Shown here piece by piece: positions 28,135 to 36,515 of a stretch of DNA of 47,071 bases. The notes beneath the pieces were generated by a model. It was not told where the DNA came from. It worked only from the letters and a program-made list of their open reading frames with translations, and ran no database searches. The translations under genes and the position numbers were made by a program. Source of the DNA: Elusimicrobiota bacterium (GTDB taxonomy: Bacteria; Omnitrophota; Gorgyraeia; Zapsychrales; Fredricksoniimonadaceae). The stretch's first letter is position 1, and each line of letters begins with the position of its first letter. Location: the NCBI GenBank assembly GCA_012514595.1, contig JAAYZZ010000015.1:1-47071 (forward strand), given 5' to 3'.

Positions 28135-29187
28135 TCACTCTTCCTCGGGATCGGGAAGAACGCCAACGGCTTCAGACCCCTGGCCTTTTTTGTACTGCTC
28201 GATATGCCGGACCTTGGTCTCGATATTCTTGAAGCTCTTCTCGGCAACATCCCGATACTTTCCGTCGAGCTTCTCGATCAGGCCGCCCAGGTCCCCGAAG
28301 CGGATCTTGAAGGTCTCGAAATGCTTGAGGAAGATGTCCACATGCCCGAGGATCTTCTGGATGTCCTTCTCAAAGCGGAAATGCTCATGGGCCTGGCGGA
28401 TCACCGACAGGACCGCATAGAGGGTGAACGGCGAGGAGAGAATGACCTTCTCCCTGAGCGCCTCATCCATGAGCCCGGGGTCCTTCTCCTGAAGAAAGCC
28501 ATAGACCTGTTCATTGGGGATAAAAAGGATCATGAAATCCAGGGTATTCTCCGCCGGGTTGATATACTCGCGTCCGCGCACCTCTTTGACGCGGGCGCGC
28601 GCGTTCTTCAGGAATTCCTTCTCAAAGGCGGCCTTCTCGGTCTCGGTCGCCGCGTTCACCATCCGGAGATAATTATCAAGAGGGAATTTGGCGTCCATAT
28701 TGACCACCCGCCCCTCGGGAAGGAGAAAGACAAAATCGGGCCGGCTCCCGCTCGAGGAGAGGGTCTCCTGCTTCTGATAATTGACGCCCTCGAGAAGCCC
28801 CGCGTAACGGATGATGTCCTCGGCCATACGCTCGCCCCACTGCCCGCGCAGCTTGACATTGCCGAGGATGTTGGTGAGGTGTCCGGTGGTCTCCTGCAGA
28901 CGCGTCGTGGCCTGTGAAGCGGCCATGAGCTCCTTCTCGATATGTCCGAACTTCTGCGCACGCTCCTTCTCGAAATCCCTGAGAAGCCCTTCATAGGCGC
29001 GCAGACGCTCTTCCAGGGTCTTGAGCGTGGTCTCCAAGGATGACCGCCGGCCCTCGTCCTCGACATCCCGGGAGCGGGACTGGTCCCGCAGGGATCTCAA
29101 CGTCTCTGTCACGCGGGCATTCTGGATGAGAACGGTCACGATCCCGAGAAAAAGAAGACCAGAGAGAGCGATCAGAAGAAGGATCAT
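28135..29187 (-). CDS. rmuC: DNA recombination protein RmuC
   Basis: N-terminal TM, a long coiled coil, then the RmuC core ...LRGQWGERMAEDIIRYAGL...PDFVFLLPEGRVVNMDAKFPL...FMILFIPNEQVY... Confidence 0.85.
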   Translation of the reverse strand: MILLLIALSGLLFLGIVTVLIQNARVTETLRSLRDQSRSRDVEDEGRRSSLETTLKTLEERLRAYEGLLRDFEKERAQKFGHIEKELMAASQATTRLQETTGHLTNILGNVKLRGQWGERMAEDIIRYAGLLEGVNYQKQETLSSSGSRPDFVFLLPEGRVVNMDAKFPLDNYLRMVNAATETEKAAFEKEFLKNARARVKEVRGREYINPAENTLDFMILFIPNEQVYGFLQEKDPGLMDEALREKVILSSPFTLYAVLSVIRQAHEHFRFEKDIQKILGHVDIFLKHFETFKIRFGDLGGLIEKLDGKYRDVAEKSFKNIETKVRHIEQYKKGQGSEAVGVLPDPEEE

Positions 29188-29556
29188 TTAGGATTCCTTC
29201 GGTGCCAGGGCCGCGTGGATCTTTGGGATCAAGAGATTAAAATTCACCGGCTTGACCAGATAGGAGGCGATCCCCCGACGCTGAAAGATCGCCTGATTCT
29301 CGCTATGAGAGGTCAGGACAATGACCGGAAGATCCGCACAATCCGGGTCCTTTCGCATCTCGATGATAAAGGTATACCCGTTCATCTTCGGCATCTCCAC
29401 GTCGAGGACGATCAGGTCCGGCCTGTCCTTCTTGAGAAGTGCAAGGCCGTCCTCTCCGTTCTCCGCATGGCTCACCGCGAAGCCCTCTTTCGAAAGCCGG
29501 GATTCCAGAAGCCTTACCTCACCGTGATCATCGTCCACGATCATGATCTTCTTCAT
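29188..29556 (-). CDS. Stand-alone response-regulator receiver (CheY-like) protein
   Basis: MKKIMIVDDD...DLIVLDVEMPKMNGY...VIVLTS...YLVKP. 122 aa with no output domain. Confidence 0.85.
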   Translation of the reverse strand: MKKIMIVDDDHGEVRLLESRLSKEGFAVSHAENGEDGLALLKKDRPDLIVLDVEMPKMNGYTFIIEMRKDPDCADLPVIVLTSHSENQAIFQRRGIASYLVKPVNFNLLIPKIHAALAPKES

Positions 29557-29894
29557 AAGCTCTCCTTTTTGGCGTCCCCCGACGGAAAGACACCCGCAGA
29601 TTGGACCGCGCGGTCCTTCATGGCCGCCCGGATCTTTTCCTCGAACCGGCCGATGCGCCGGCCCATCAACTCCTCGATCTCCCCCGGTTTCGCGCCGTGA
29701 CGGGACAAAAGCAAATGATTGTGCAGGATCAGGTCCACGGCCTCGGCCTTCCAGTGGTCATCCCCGTCAGCGAGAAGTCCCGCGATCTCATCGACATGCT
29801 CGCGCATAGAACGAAACGTGAAACCATCAGCCGCAGCCGTATCGCCATGCAGGGCCTGGGCCAAGGCATTCACCTTTTTAAACCGCTCCTCCAT
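29553..29894 (-). CDS. Hypothetical all-alpha protein, possibly MazG-like NTP pyrophosphohydrolase fold
   Basis: 113 aa. EHVDE...(14 aa)...EAVDL resembles the ExxE/D...ExxD metal-binding pattern of small MazG-type proteins. ATGA overlap with the receiver gene. The family assignment is weak. Confidence 0.4.
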   Translation of the reverse strand: MEERFKKVNALAQALHGDTAAADGFTFRSMREHVDEIAGLLADGDDHWKAEAVDLILHNHLLLSRHGAKPGEIEELMGRRIGRFEEKIRAAMKDRAVQSAGVFPSGDAKKESL

Positions 29895-30045
29895 CCCGAC
29901 CCCCGTCTTTCTTCTCGAGAAGTTTGATGATCCTGTCCAGCCTGGCGATGATCAAAAATGGCACAACGAACAGGCAGAAGAGCACCAGCCCCCCGAAGGC
30001 GGCGAATAAAAAGATCCCAAAGACCGGAATGAGCGGACACCACAT
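29878..30045 (-). CDS. 55-aa hydrophobic membrane peptide
   Basis: MWCPLIPVFGIFLFAAFGGLVLFCLFVVPFLIIARLDRIIKLLEKKDGGRDGGAV from ATG 30045. Lies 22 nt after the upstream stop and overlaps the next gene by 17 nt. Confidence 0.4.
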   Translation of the reverse strand: MWCPLIPVFGIFLFAAFGGLVLFCLFVVPFLIIARLDRIIKLLEKKDGGRDGGAV

Positions 30046-30067
30046 GACCGATCCTTTCTGAAAGGAA

Positions 30068-30763
30068 TTATAACATCCGCCCCCGGACGGACAAAAAATA
30101 TTTCCGCTCCTTGAGCGGATAATCCCGCCGGTCGGGCGCATCGCGCCCGAAATCCTTTCCCAGACGGACGATCAGGGCATGATATTCATTGAAAATCCTC
30201 ACATCCGACGGGAGACTCCCCATGAACAAAGCCTGCATGGACGAATAATCCCGGCCCTCTTCCCTGAAGCCGTGCCGGATCAGAAGCCGCCTGGTATAAG
30301 CGTCCACGACAAAGACCGGCTTGGCGAGCGCGTAGAGAAGGATCGAGTCTGCGGTCTCGGGACCGATGCCGTTGACCGCCAAAAGCTCCGCACGGGCCTG
30401 GGGCCACGGGACACGGACAAGAGCCCGGATATCCCCCGCACAACGCTGACGCAAAAAGAGAAGAAAATTCCGCAGGCGTTTGGTCTTGATATTGAAATAC
30501 CCGACAGGGCGGATCATCTGCGCGAGCCTCTCAGGCGGCGTCTCCAAGAGCGCCTCGCAGGATAGAAGTCCCCGGGCCTTGAGCCCGGCGATCGTACCCT
30601 CAACGTTCTTCCAGTTGGTGTTCTGGACCAGAATGGCCCCGACACAGACCTCAAAAGGGGTCTCACCCGGCCACCAGCGCTGGGGCCCGTAATGCGCAAA
30701 GAGCACCGGATAAATATCGCGGATGATCTTTTTCTTCTTGGATGTGAGTTGGGCGGAATTCAC
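30068..30763 (-). CDS. Endonuclease III-related HhH-GPD superfamily protein
   Basis: ...WWPGETPFEVCVGAILVQNTNWKNV..., ...LLAVNGIGPETADSILLYAL...VVDAYTRR... (helix-hairpin-helix plus catalytic Asp region). No C-terminal 4Cys cluster is visible. Confidence 0.8.
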   Translation of the reverse strand: MNSAQLTSKKKKIIRDIYPVLFAHYGPQRWWPGETPFEVCVGAILVQNTNWKNVEGTIAGLKARGLLSCEALLETPPERLAQMIRPVGYFNIKTKRLRNFLLFLRQRCAGDIRALVRVPWPQARAELLAVNGIGPETADSILLYALAKPVFVVDAYTRRLLIRHGFREEGRDYSSMQALFMGSLPSDVRIFNEYHALIVRLGKDFGRDAPDRRDYPLKERKYFLSVRGRML

Positions 30764-31143
30764 AACGGTTCGGCATCCCGGGTTCTGGTCCAGCGCGTCA
30801 CCCGACCAGCGCTATCCAAATAAAAATAGATGCGGGACACATCAAAGGCCTTGACCGGGTCCCGGTACAGCCAACGATCTCCCCCCTGATCGACCGTCTC
30901 GACAAGAACGGGGACCCCAAGCGTATGCAAAAGTTCTTTATCGCTGGAGAGGTCCTTCAGATCATCGCCCGCCATGATCCGTTCCTCGAGGGCCGCGATC
31001 TTCTTCTGCTGCGTCTCGACCCGCAGGGCGATCGCCTCCTGCTCGTCGGAATATCCCTTCAGCGTCAGGGCCTCGCCCAGATAGGTCAGCTTTGCGCAGG
31101 ATGTGAAAAAAAGAATGAAGAAAAATAAAGAAGCCCATTTCAT
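30760..31143 (-). CDS. Lipoprotein, possibly SmpA/OmlA (BamE)-like
   Basis: Lipobox FFTSC after a signal peptide (MKWASLFFFILFFTSCA). The C-terminal ...LGVP...DRWLY...IYFYLDSAGRVTRW resembles BamE-type folds. Confidence 0.6.
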   Translation of the reverse strand: MKWASLFFFILFFTSCAKLTYLGEALTLKGYSDEQEAIALRVETQQKKIAALEERIMAGDDLKDLSSDKELLHTLGVPVLVETVDQGGDRWLYRDPVKAFDVSRIYFYLDSAGRVTRWTRTRDAEPL

Positions 31144-31216
31144 AATGAAAACACTATATCATAAAAAACATCCCCCTTGAGAAGTGTCGATCCCAAATTT
31201 TCCAACCAGGTATCTT

Positions 31217-31786
31217 TCAATCCCTCTCCGGGCCGTGGAACCCGATCGGGGGCTTCGCAGGCCTCGGCGGCAGAGGAGGCGGGTCAAGGATCAGCACGAT
31301 GCGCTTTAGAATATCATTGATCGCGGACTCGTGGATATCAAGGCGCTCCCGAAGCTCTTCCCTGAGTGCCGACAACTCGGCGGCCAGTCCGTCCTGGGAT
31401 GACAGCATGGACTTCATGCGCACGAAGGCCCGCACAACGAAAACCGTCATCCGAACCGTCTGCGAACTGTTGAGGACGGTGGCCGTCATGATGGCCCCCT
31501 GTTCTGTAAAAATGAACGGAAGATAGGCATGGCCTCTGTGCTTGCGGGAACTGGTCGCATTTTGCGACCAGTTCAAAAGATCGGCCTCTTTTGATGTCAG
31601 ACGAGAGACAAAATCCCCCGGGAACTTCTTCCTGTTCCGACGGACCTGCTCGTTCAGGCGCTTGGTCGTGACCCCATAAAGTTTCGCCAGATCACCGTCC
31701 ACTATCACCCGCTGACCCCGGATCGTCCGGAGCAGCGGCCCCCGGACGAGCAAGGCCTTGGCTCCATCTTTCTTCTTCTTTCGCAT
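31217..31786 (-). CDS. ORF6N domain-containing DNA-binding protein
   Basis: ...IRGQRVIVDGDLAKLYGVTTKRLNEQVRRNRKKFPGDFVSRLT...LPFIFTEQGAIMTATVLNS... is the ORF6N/KilA-N-related signature. Confidence 0.75.
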   Translation of the reverse strand: MRKKKKDGAKALLVRGPLLRTIRGQRVIVDGDLAKLYGVTTKRLNEQVRRNRKKFPGDFVSRLTSKEADLLNWSQNATSSRKHRGHAYLPFIFTEQGAIMTATVLNSSQTVRMTVFVVRAFVRMKSMLSSQDGLAAELSALREELRERLDIHESAINDILKRIVLILDPPPLPPRPAKPPIGFHGPERD

Positions 31787-31803
31787 ACAACTCCTTTCTT
31801 TGG

Positions 31804-33426
31804 CTATCTCTCCCCGGAGATGATCCGGGGGGTCAGAAAGATCACGGTCTCGGCCCTGTCCTTCCCGGAGGAGCGGCTGCGGAAGGCCGCGCCCAGAAGC
31901 GGGATGTCCCCCAGGACCGGGACCTTACTCTCGAGAGATGTCCGCCCGTCCCTGATGAGCCCACCGATCATGAGGGTCGTCCCATCACGCACGCGCACCG
32001 TGGTCTCGACCTGCGAGGTCTCAACGATCGGGATCAAATTGTTCTGGGCCGTCTTCAGGCTCGCGGCCGCAGAACTCACCTCGGGACGGATCTTCATCGT
32101 GATCTCTCCGTCGTCGTGAACAGCGGGCGTCACCACCAGCTTGATCCCCACATCAATGAACTTCACGTCCTCGGACACCGAGACCGGGCCGCTCAGATTC
32201 GTGGTCGTCGTGGTCGTGACATAGGGCTTTGTAGACCCGATCAGGATCCGGGCCTCTTGGCCATCGACGACCGCGATCCGGGGACTCGAGATCACACGCG
32301 TGTCGTCCGCGGAACCCAGGGCCTCAAGGACAAGACGATAGTCGTCGTCGGAAAGTGTCCCGATCATGGCCGAGCCCTTTCCGCCGGCGCCGATCCCGCC
32401 CCAGACGCTCGAAAGATGCAGCCCGTGGACCCTGCGGACCACCGCCGCCCAGTCGATCCCCATCCGGAACTCGTCCTTGAGCGAGATCTGCACGATCTTC
32501 GCCTCGATCAGGACCTCGGGGTCCTTGCGGTCCAGCCTGTGCAGGATCCCCTCGATCTCCCATATCCTGGCCCGCGTGTCCGTGACGATAAGCTGGTTCG
32601 TCCGGGCATCCACCACCACACTTCCTCCCTGCGAGGAAAGAAAAGGACGGATAGTCTCGGCCGCATCAGAGGCCCTGGCATAAACAAGACGAATGGCGCT
32701 TGAAAGACGCGGGACATCCGCCTCGCGGACCATGCGCCCGACCCTCCCGACCACCTCATCGGTATCGGTCACGATGAGCCTGTTCTGCACCCTGTCCTCG
32801 TCGATCTTTCCGACCTGGGGCGTCAGGACCATGCGCAGGCGTTCGGCCACGGGGCCCGCCTCCGCGAACTGAAAGGAAAAGACCTGACGGACCAGGGGCC
32901 TGTCGATCTCTGTCAGATATCCGGCCATGGTCTGTACGCGCTCTGCCGTATCCTCCAAAAAGACCGTTCCGGAGGTCTCATCCGCGATCACTTTTCCTGA
33001 CGAGGTACGCATCTTCTCGAGAAGACCTGCAGCCACAGAAGCGGGGATCCCCTTTAAGCGCACGACCCGGCTCACCAGGTCCGAATCAAACGGCCGGCCG
33101 TGACGCGCCTGGTATTCCTCGGCGGAGATAATGCGCAAAAGACCGCCCGTCTCCTCAAAGGCCAGGCGCTGCGTTTTCAAAAGAACGCCCATCGCCTCCC
33201 GGGGCTCCACACCTTTCAGATGAAGCGTCACACGCCCCGAGGGAAGCTCCCCGGCCGCGATGTTGAGCCCGGTCCTCTCGGCGAGGAATTGAAGGGCGTC
33301 ACGGATATCCATGTCACGGATGTCCAGGACCTCGATCGCCTCTCCTGCCGGCGTTTGCGCCCGGACAAAGAACGGACCGAAAAAAAGAGATCCGAGGATC
33401 AGTGCCCAACAATAAATCGTTTTCAT
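31804..33426 (-). CDS. Secretin (PilQ/GspD family outer-membrane channel)
   Basis: Signal peptide, N0-like domain (DIRDALQFLAERTGLNI), repeated secretin-N domains, and a C-terminal secretin core ...VISSPRIAVVDGQEARILIG...TLMIGGLI...VPVLGDIPLLGAAFR... Confidence 0.85.
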   Translation of the reverse strand: MKTIYCWALILGSLFFGPFFVRAQTPAGEAIEVLDIRDMDIRDALQFLAERTGLNIAAGELPSGRVTLHLKGVEPREAMGVLLKTQRLAFEETGGLLRIISAEEYQARHGRPFDSDLVSRVVRLKGIPASVAAGLLEKMRTSSGKVIADETSGTVFLEDTAERVQTMAGYLTEIDRPLVRQVFSFQFAEAGPVAERLRMVLTPQVGKIDEDRVQNRLIVTDTDEVVGRVGRMVREADVPRLSSAIRLVYARASDAAETIRPFLSSQGGSVVVDARTNQLIVTDTRARIWEIEGILHRLDRKDPEVLIEAKIVQISLKDEFRMGIDWAAVVRRVHGLHLSSVWGGIGAGGKGSAMIGTLSDDDYRLVLEALGSADDTRVISSPRIAVVDGQEARILIGSTKPYVTTTTTTNLSGPVSVSEDVKFIDVGIKLVVTPAVHDDGEITMKIRPEVSSAAASLKTAQNNLIPIVETSQVETTVRVRDGTTLMIGGLIRDGRTSLESKVPVLGDIPLLGAAFRSRSSGKDRAETVIFLTPRIISGER

Positions 33427-33923
33427 ACTCCTCCCGGAGAAAAGATCCTCTCATCGTCCCCTGACCGCACGCGCACACGCCCGCGTGTCACCTCCAGAAC
33501 ACAGACCCCTTCGCGGGCCTCTCCCTCTTTTAGGAAAAGGACCCGTCCATTCTCCTCCAGGACGACAGCATTCTGCGAAGAGATCAGGATCCCCAGGAGA
33601 CGCAACGACGAAAAGGCCGAAGGCACACTCCGGGCCTCGGGCTCGGGAGCGACCGGCGCAAACAGAGACCGGCTTCTCACGACCGCACGGTAGTCCTCCC
33701 ACGGACGGACCCTGGGCTTTAACAAAGAGGACCGGAACTGAGGGGGAACCTTCGAGACATCCGGGGGGTTGAAGGAAGGCTTGTCAAAGGCGCCCAGAAA
33801 GAAGATCAGGGCCGCGATCGACCCGGCCTGCATCAAAAGGACAGGCCATCCAAAGAGGACCCTGGACCATCCCCGCCGGGAGGAAAGACACCAAGGCCAC
33901 TCCATGACTGAAAGATAACACAT
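33423..33923 (-). CDS. PilP/GspC-like inner-membrane-anchored partner of the secretin
   Basis: One TM (WPVLLMQAGSIAALIFFLGAF), an RSLFAP motif, then a small beta-domain LRLLGILISSQNAVVLEENGRVLFLKEGE...VLEV. ATGA overlap with the secretin. Alternative start at ATG 33905. Confidence 0.5.
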   Translation of the reverse strand: MCYLSVMEWPWCLSSRRGWSRVLFGWPVLLMQAGSIAALIFFLGAFDKPSFNPPDVSKVPPQFRSSLLKPRVRPWEDYRAVVRSRSLFAPVAPEPEARSVPSAFSSLRLLGILISSQNAVVLEENGRVLFLKEGEAREGVCVLEVTRGRVRVRSGDDERIFSPGGV

Positions 33924-33940
33924 TATTGACGATATTGCAA
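33912..33940 (-). promoter_or_regulatory. Candidate promoter for the PilP-like/secretin pair
   Basis: Minus strand reads TTGCAA-N17-TATCTT. The ATG at 33905 begins 7 nt after the -10. Confidence 0.35.
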
Positions 33941-34038
33941 ATAGCCGGCCGCGCTTCCCTTGGCCGAAAAAATATTTTTTATTTTGCCCTCACCAGGATC
34001 ATCAAGATAATAAGGCCACAAGAAGAAAGAGGCGACCG

Positions 34039-34455
34039 ATGAGAAACCCGACCTGCCCGGACCCGAGACCCTTTGACCCCAAGCGCGAGGACCACTGCTC
34101 CCCCTGCACCTCCTGCTGCGAATATGTGGCGCTTGAGATCGACACGCCCACCACCTGGAAGGATTTCGAGAACATCCGCTGGTATCTCCTGCACGAGAAC
34201 GTCTGGGTCTATGTCGATTTCGACAACATCTGGCACGTACAGTTCAATACGCCCTGCCATAAGCTCGAGAAAAGCCGCTGCGGGATCTATCCCCAACGCC
34301 CCGAGATCTGCCGGGCCTATGACCCCAAAGACTGTCCCCGCCATGCCGGGGGCGCGGAGAAACATCTCTTCACCAACGAAGAGGTCCTGCTCGCCTATCT
34401 TGAAAAGAGACGCCCGGCCATGTTCAAGAGACTGAAAGACCGCGGCCGCTGCTGA
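34039..34455 (+). CDS. YkgJ family cysteine-cluster protein (UPF0153)
   Basis: CSPCTSCCEYV... and ...CHKLEKSRCGIYPQRPEICRAY are the CxxCxxCC plus C-terminal Cys motifs of the family. Confidence 0.8.
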   Translation: MRNPTCPDPRPFDPKREDHCSPCTSCCEYVALEIDTPTTWKDFENIRWYLLHENVWVYVDFDNIWHVQFNTPCHKLEKSRCGIYPQRPEICRAYDPKDCPRHAGGAEKHLFTNEEVLLAYLEKRRPAMFKRLKDRGRC

Positions 34456-34462
34456 AAAAGAA

Positions 34463-34488
34463 AAGGCCCGCAGGTATCTGCGGGCCTT
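34463..34488. terminator. Bidirectional hairpin between convergent ykgJ and pgi
   Basis: AAGGCCCGCAG-gtat-CTGCGGGCCTT, a perfect 11-bp stem. An A-run upstream gives a U-tract for the minus-strand (pgi) transcript. Confidence 0.7.
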
Positions 34489-34512
34489 GAAGAACTCCCC
34501 ACGAAGTGCGTA

Positions 34513-35787
34513 TTATTTCTTTCCCAGAAGCGCGAACATCTTCTTTTTGTAGGCCTCCACCCCGGGCTGATCAAAGGGATTGACGCCCAGAAGATACCCC
34601 GAGATCCCGACCCCCTTCTCGAAGAAATAGTAGAGAAGCCCGATGTGAAAGGCATCGGCCCGATCGAGGGTGAGCGTCATGTTCGGCACCCCGCCCTCAA
34701 AATGCGCATCCGCGGTCGCCTTATAGGCCTGCTTGTTGACCCAGTCCAGATCCTTTCCCGCAACACAGTTGAACTTGTCGGTGTCCGCGGCCTGATGCGG
34801 GACCGCAATCTTATCTTCGACCTCATCGATCATGAGGAAGGTCTCAAAGACATTGCGCTTGCCGTCCTGCATCATCTGGCCCATGGAGTGAAGGTCGGTC
34901 GAGAGAATGGTCGAGGCCGGAAAAATGCCCTTGCCGTTCTTCCCTTCGCTCTCGCCGTAGAGCTGCTTCCACCACTCGGCCACATACTGAACGTTCGGAT
35001 AGAACGAGGCCAGCATCTCGATGTCCTTGCCCTTTTTATGAAGGATATTGCGGATCGCGGCATACCGGTAGCAGGGATTCTTCGCAAGGTCAGGGACCGC
35101 GAACTCTTTTTCTCCGGCGCGAAAACCATCAACGAACGCCTTGATGTCGACCCCGGCGAGCGCCAGTGGCACAAGCCCGACAGGCGTCAGGACCGAGAAC
35201 CGCCCGCCCACATCATCGGGGATCACATAGGAACGATACCCCTCCAGGGACACGATCTGACGCAAGGCGCCCTTCTTCTCATCCGTCACGCAAATGATGC
35301 GCTTCTTGAGCTCTTCGCCCTTGTACTTGCGGCGCATGGCCTCATCGATGAGACGAAAGGCCAGGGCCGGCTCGGTGGTGGTCCCGGACTTGGAGATCAC
35401 AACGACCGTGACATCGACATCAGAGATCACCTTGAGGATCCGGGCCATATCAGAGGTCGCCATGTTGTGGCCAGCGTAATAGACGGGAAGCGAGGGTTCC
35501 CCCCCGAGAAACTCGATGGTCGAGCGGATGCCCAGATACGACCCGCCGATCCCGATGGAGATAATGGCCTTTGAATGACCCTTCACCTCGCGCGCCAGGG
35601 CCGTCAGTTCGGCCACGAGAGCATCCGGGGTTTTCGAAGGAAGATCCACCCAGCCCAGAAAATCATTGCCAGCCCCTGTTTTCTGATGAAGGTCCTGATG
35701 TGCCTTCTGGACCTGGGGCCCCAGGGCCGAGATCTCATCGGAAGAAACAAAACTCTTGAGATATTCTTCTGTCAATCTGATCGCCAT
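34513..35787 (-). CDS. pgi: Glucose-6-phosphate isomerase (short ~425-aa type)
   Basis: ...IGIGGSYLG..., ...VISKSGTTTEP..., ...DVGGRFSVLT..., ...QLYGESEGK... Confidence 0.9.
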   Translation of the reverse strand: MAIRLTEEYLKSFVSSDEISALGPQVQKAHQDLHQKTGAGNDFLGWVDLPSKTPDALVAELTALAREVKGHSKAIISIGIGGSYLGIRSTIEFLGGEPSLPVYYAGHNMATSDMARILKVISDVDVTVVVISKSGTTTEPALAFRLIDEAMRRKYKGEELKKRIICVTDEKKGALRQIVSLEGYRSYVIPDDVGGRFSVLTPVGLVPLALAGVDIKAFVDGFRAGEKEFAVPDLAKNPCYRYAAIRNILHKKGKDIEMLASFYPNVQYVAEWWKQLYGESEGKNGKGIFPASTILSTDLHSMGQMMQDGKRNVFETFLMIDEVEDKIAVPHQAADTDKFNCVAGKDLDWVNKQAYKATADAHFEGGVPNMTLTLDRADAFHIGLLYYFFEKGVGISGYLLGVNPFDQPGVEAYKKKMFALLGKK

Positions 35788-35821
35788 AAAACCTGCTCCT
35801 TACGTCTTGACGGTTAACAAG

Positions 35822-35851
35822 AAAAAAGGCGGGGACCAAAAGACCCCCGCC
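35822..35851 (-). terminator. Rho-independent terminator after the MORN-repeat gene
   Basis: Minus strand reads GGCGGGG-loop-CCCCGCC followed by TTTTTTC. Confidence 0.65.
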
Positions 35852-35877
35852 TCGATATCCTCGACTCCGGGATCTGC

Positions 35878-36492
35878 CTATTTGCTGGCGGGCGCAGCCG
35901 GGGGAACCGGAGCCGCAGGGGCAGCAGGCTTCGAGGCCATGACCGCGTCCTTGCCTCCCGTCTCGCGACGGCTCACGAGCGCTCCATCCTTATAGGTCTC
36001 CTCGGCCTTCAGGCTGCCGCTCTCCAAGAACTCCAGGGCCGTCCCGTCCAACACCGCGTCCTTGTAATACATCTGACGGGAGATCGCACCCGACGGGAAA
36101 TATAGTTTGGCAAACCCGTTCAGGACCCCTTTTTCATAATTCCTCTCGCTGATGAGGCGTCCGCTCTCATCATATTCCCGAAAAGTCCCCTGCAGTTCAT
36201 TGTCGCGATAAATTCCATCGGACTTCAGGATGCCCGTCTCATAGTAGGTCTGGGCCGGCCCCTGACGCTGGTCATCCGCATAAACAGTGCTCGACATGAG
36301 GCGTCCGCTCTCGTAATACTCTTTCACCGCTCCGTCGAGTTTCTTGGTGCTGTAAAAGGACTCCTTCTGGAGGGCCCCGGACTCGTAATACTCTTTATAA
36401 ACACCGTCGGTCACGGGCGCTTTTTTCTGCGCCGCACCAGCCACGGTCGAAAGGAACGCCGTGCAAATGATGAGAATCCAAGCCTTTTTCAT
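35878..36492 (-). CDS. Secreted MORN-variant repeat protein (YwqK-like)
   Basis: Signal peptide MKKAWILIICTAFLSTVAGA, about 7 repeats of Y(K/Y)E(Y)(Y)ESG.L......Y...(L)(D/N)G, and a Pro/Ala-rich tail. Confidence 0.8.
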   Translation of the reverse strand: MKKAWILIICTAFLSTVAGAAQKKAPVTDGVYKEYYESGALQKESFYSTKKLDGAVKEYYESGRLMSSTVYADDQRQGPAQTYYETGILKSDGIYRDNELQGTFREYDESGRLISERNYEKGVLNGFAKLYFPSGAISRQMYYKDAVLDGTALEFLESGSLKAEETYKDGALVSRRETGGKDAVMASKPAAPAAPVPPAAPASK

Positions 36493-36515
36493 ACCATCCT
36501 CCCCGTTCAAACATG

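Noticed and set aside
33979-34365. 128-aa minus-strand ORF and 120-aa plus-strand alternate-frame ORF (34073..34435) overlapping ykgJ.
   Set aside because: The frame 34039..34455 carries the diagnostic YkgJ cysteine motifs. The overlapping frames are Ala/Gly/Arg-rich with no recognisable features.
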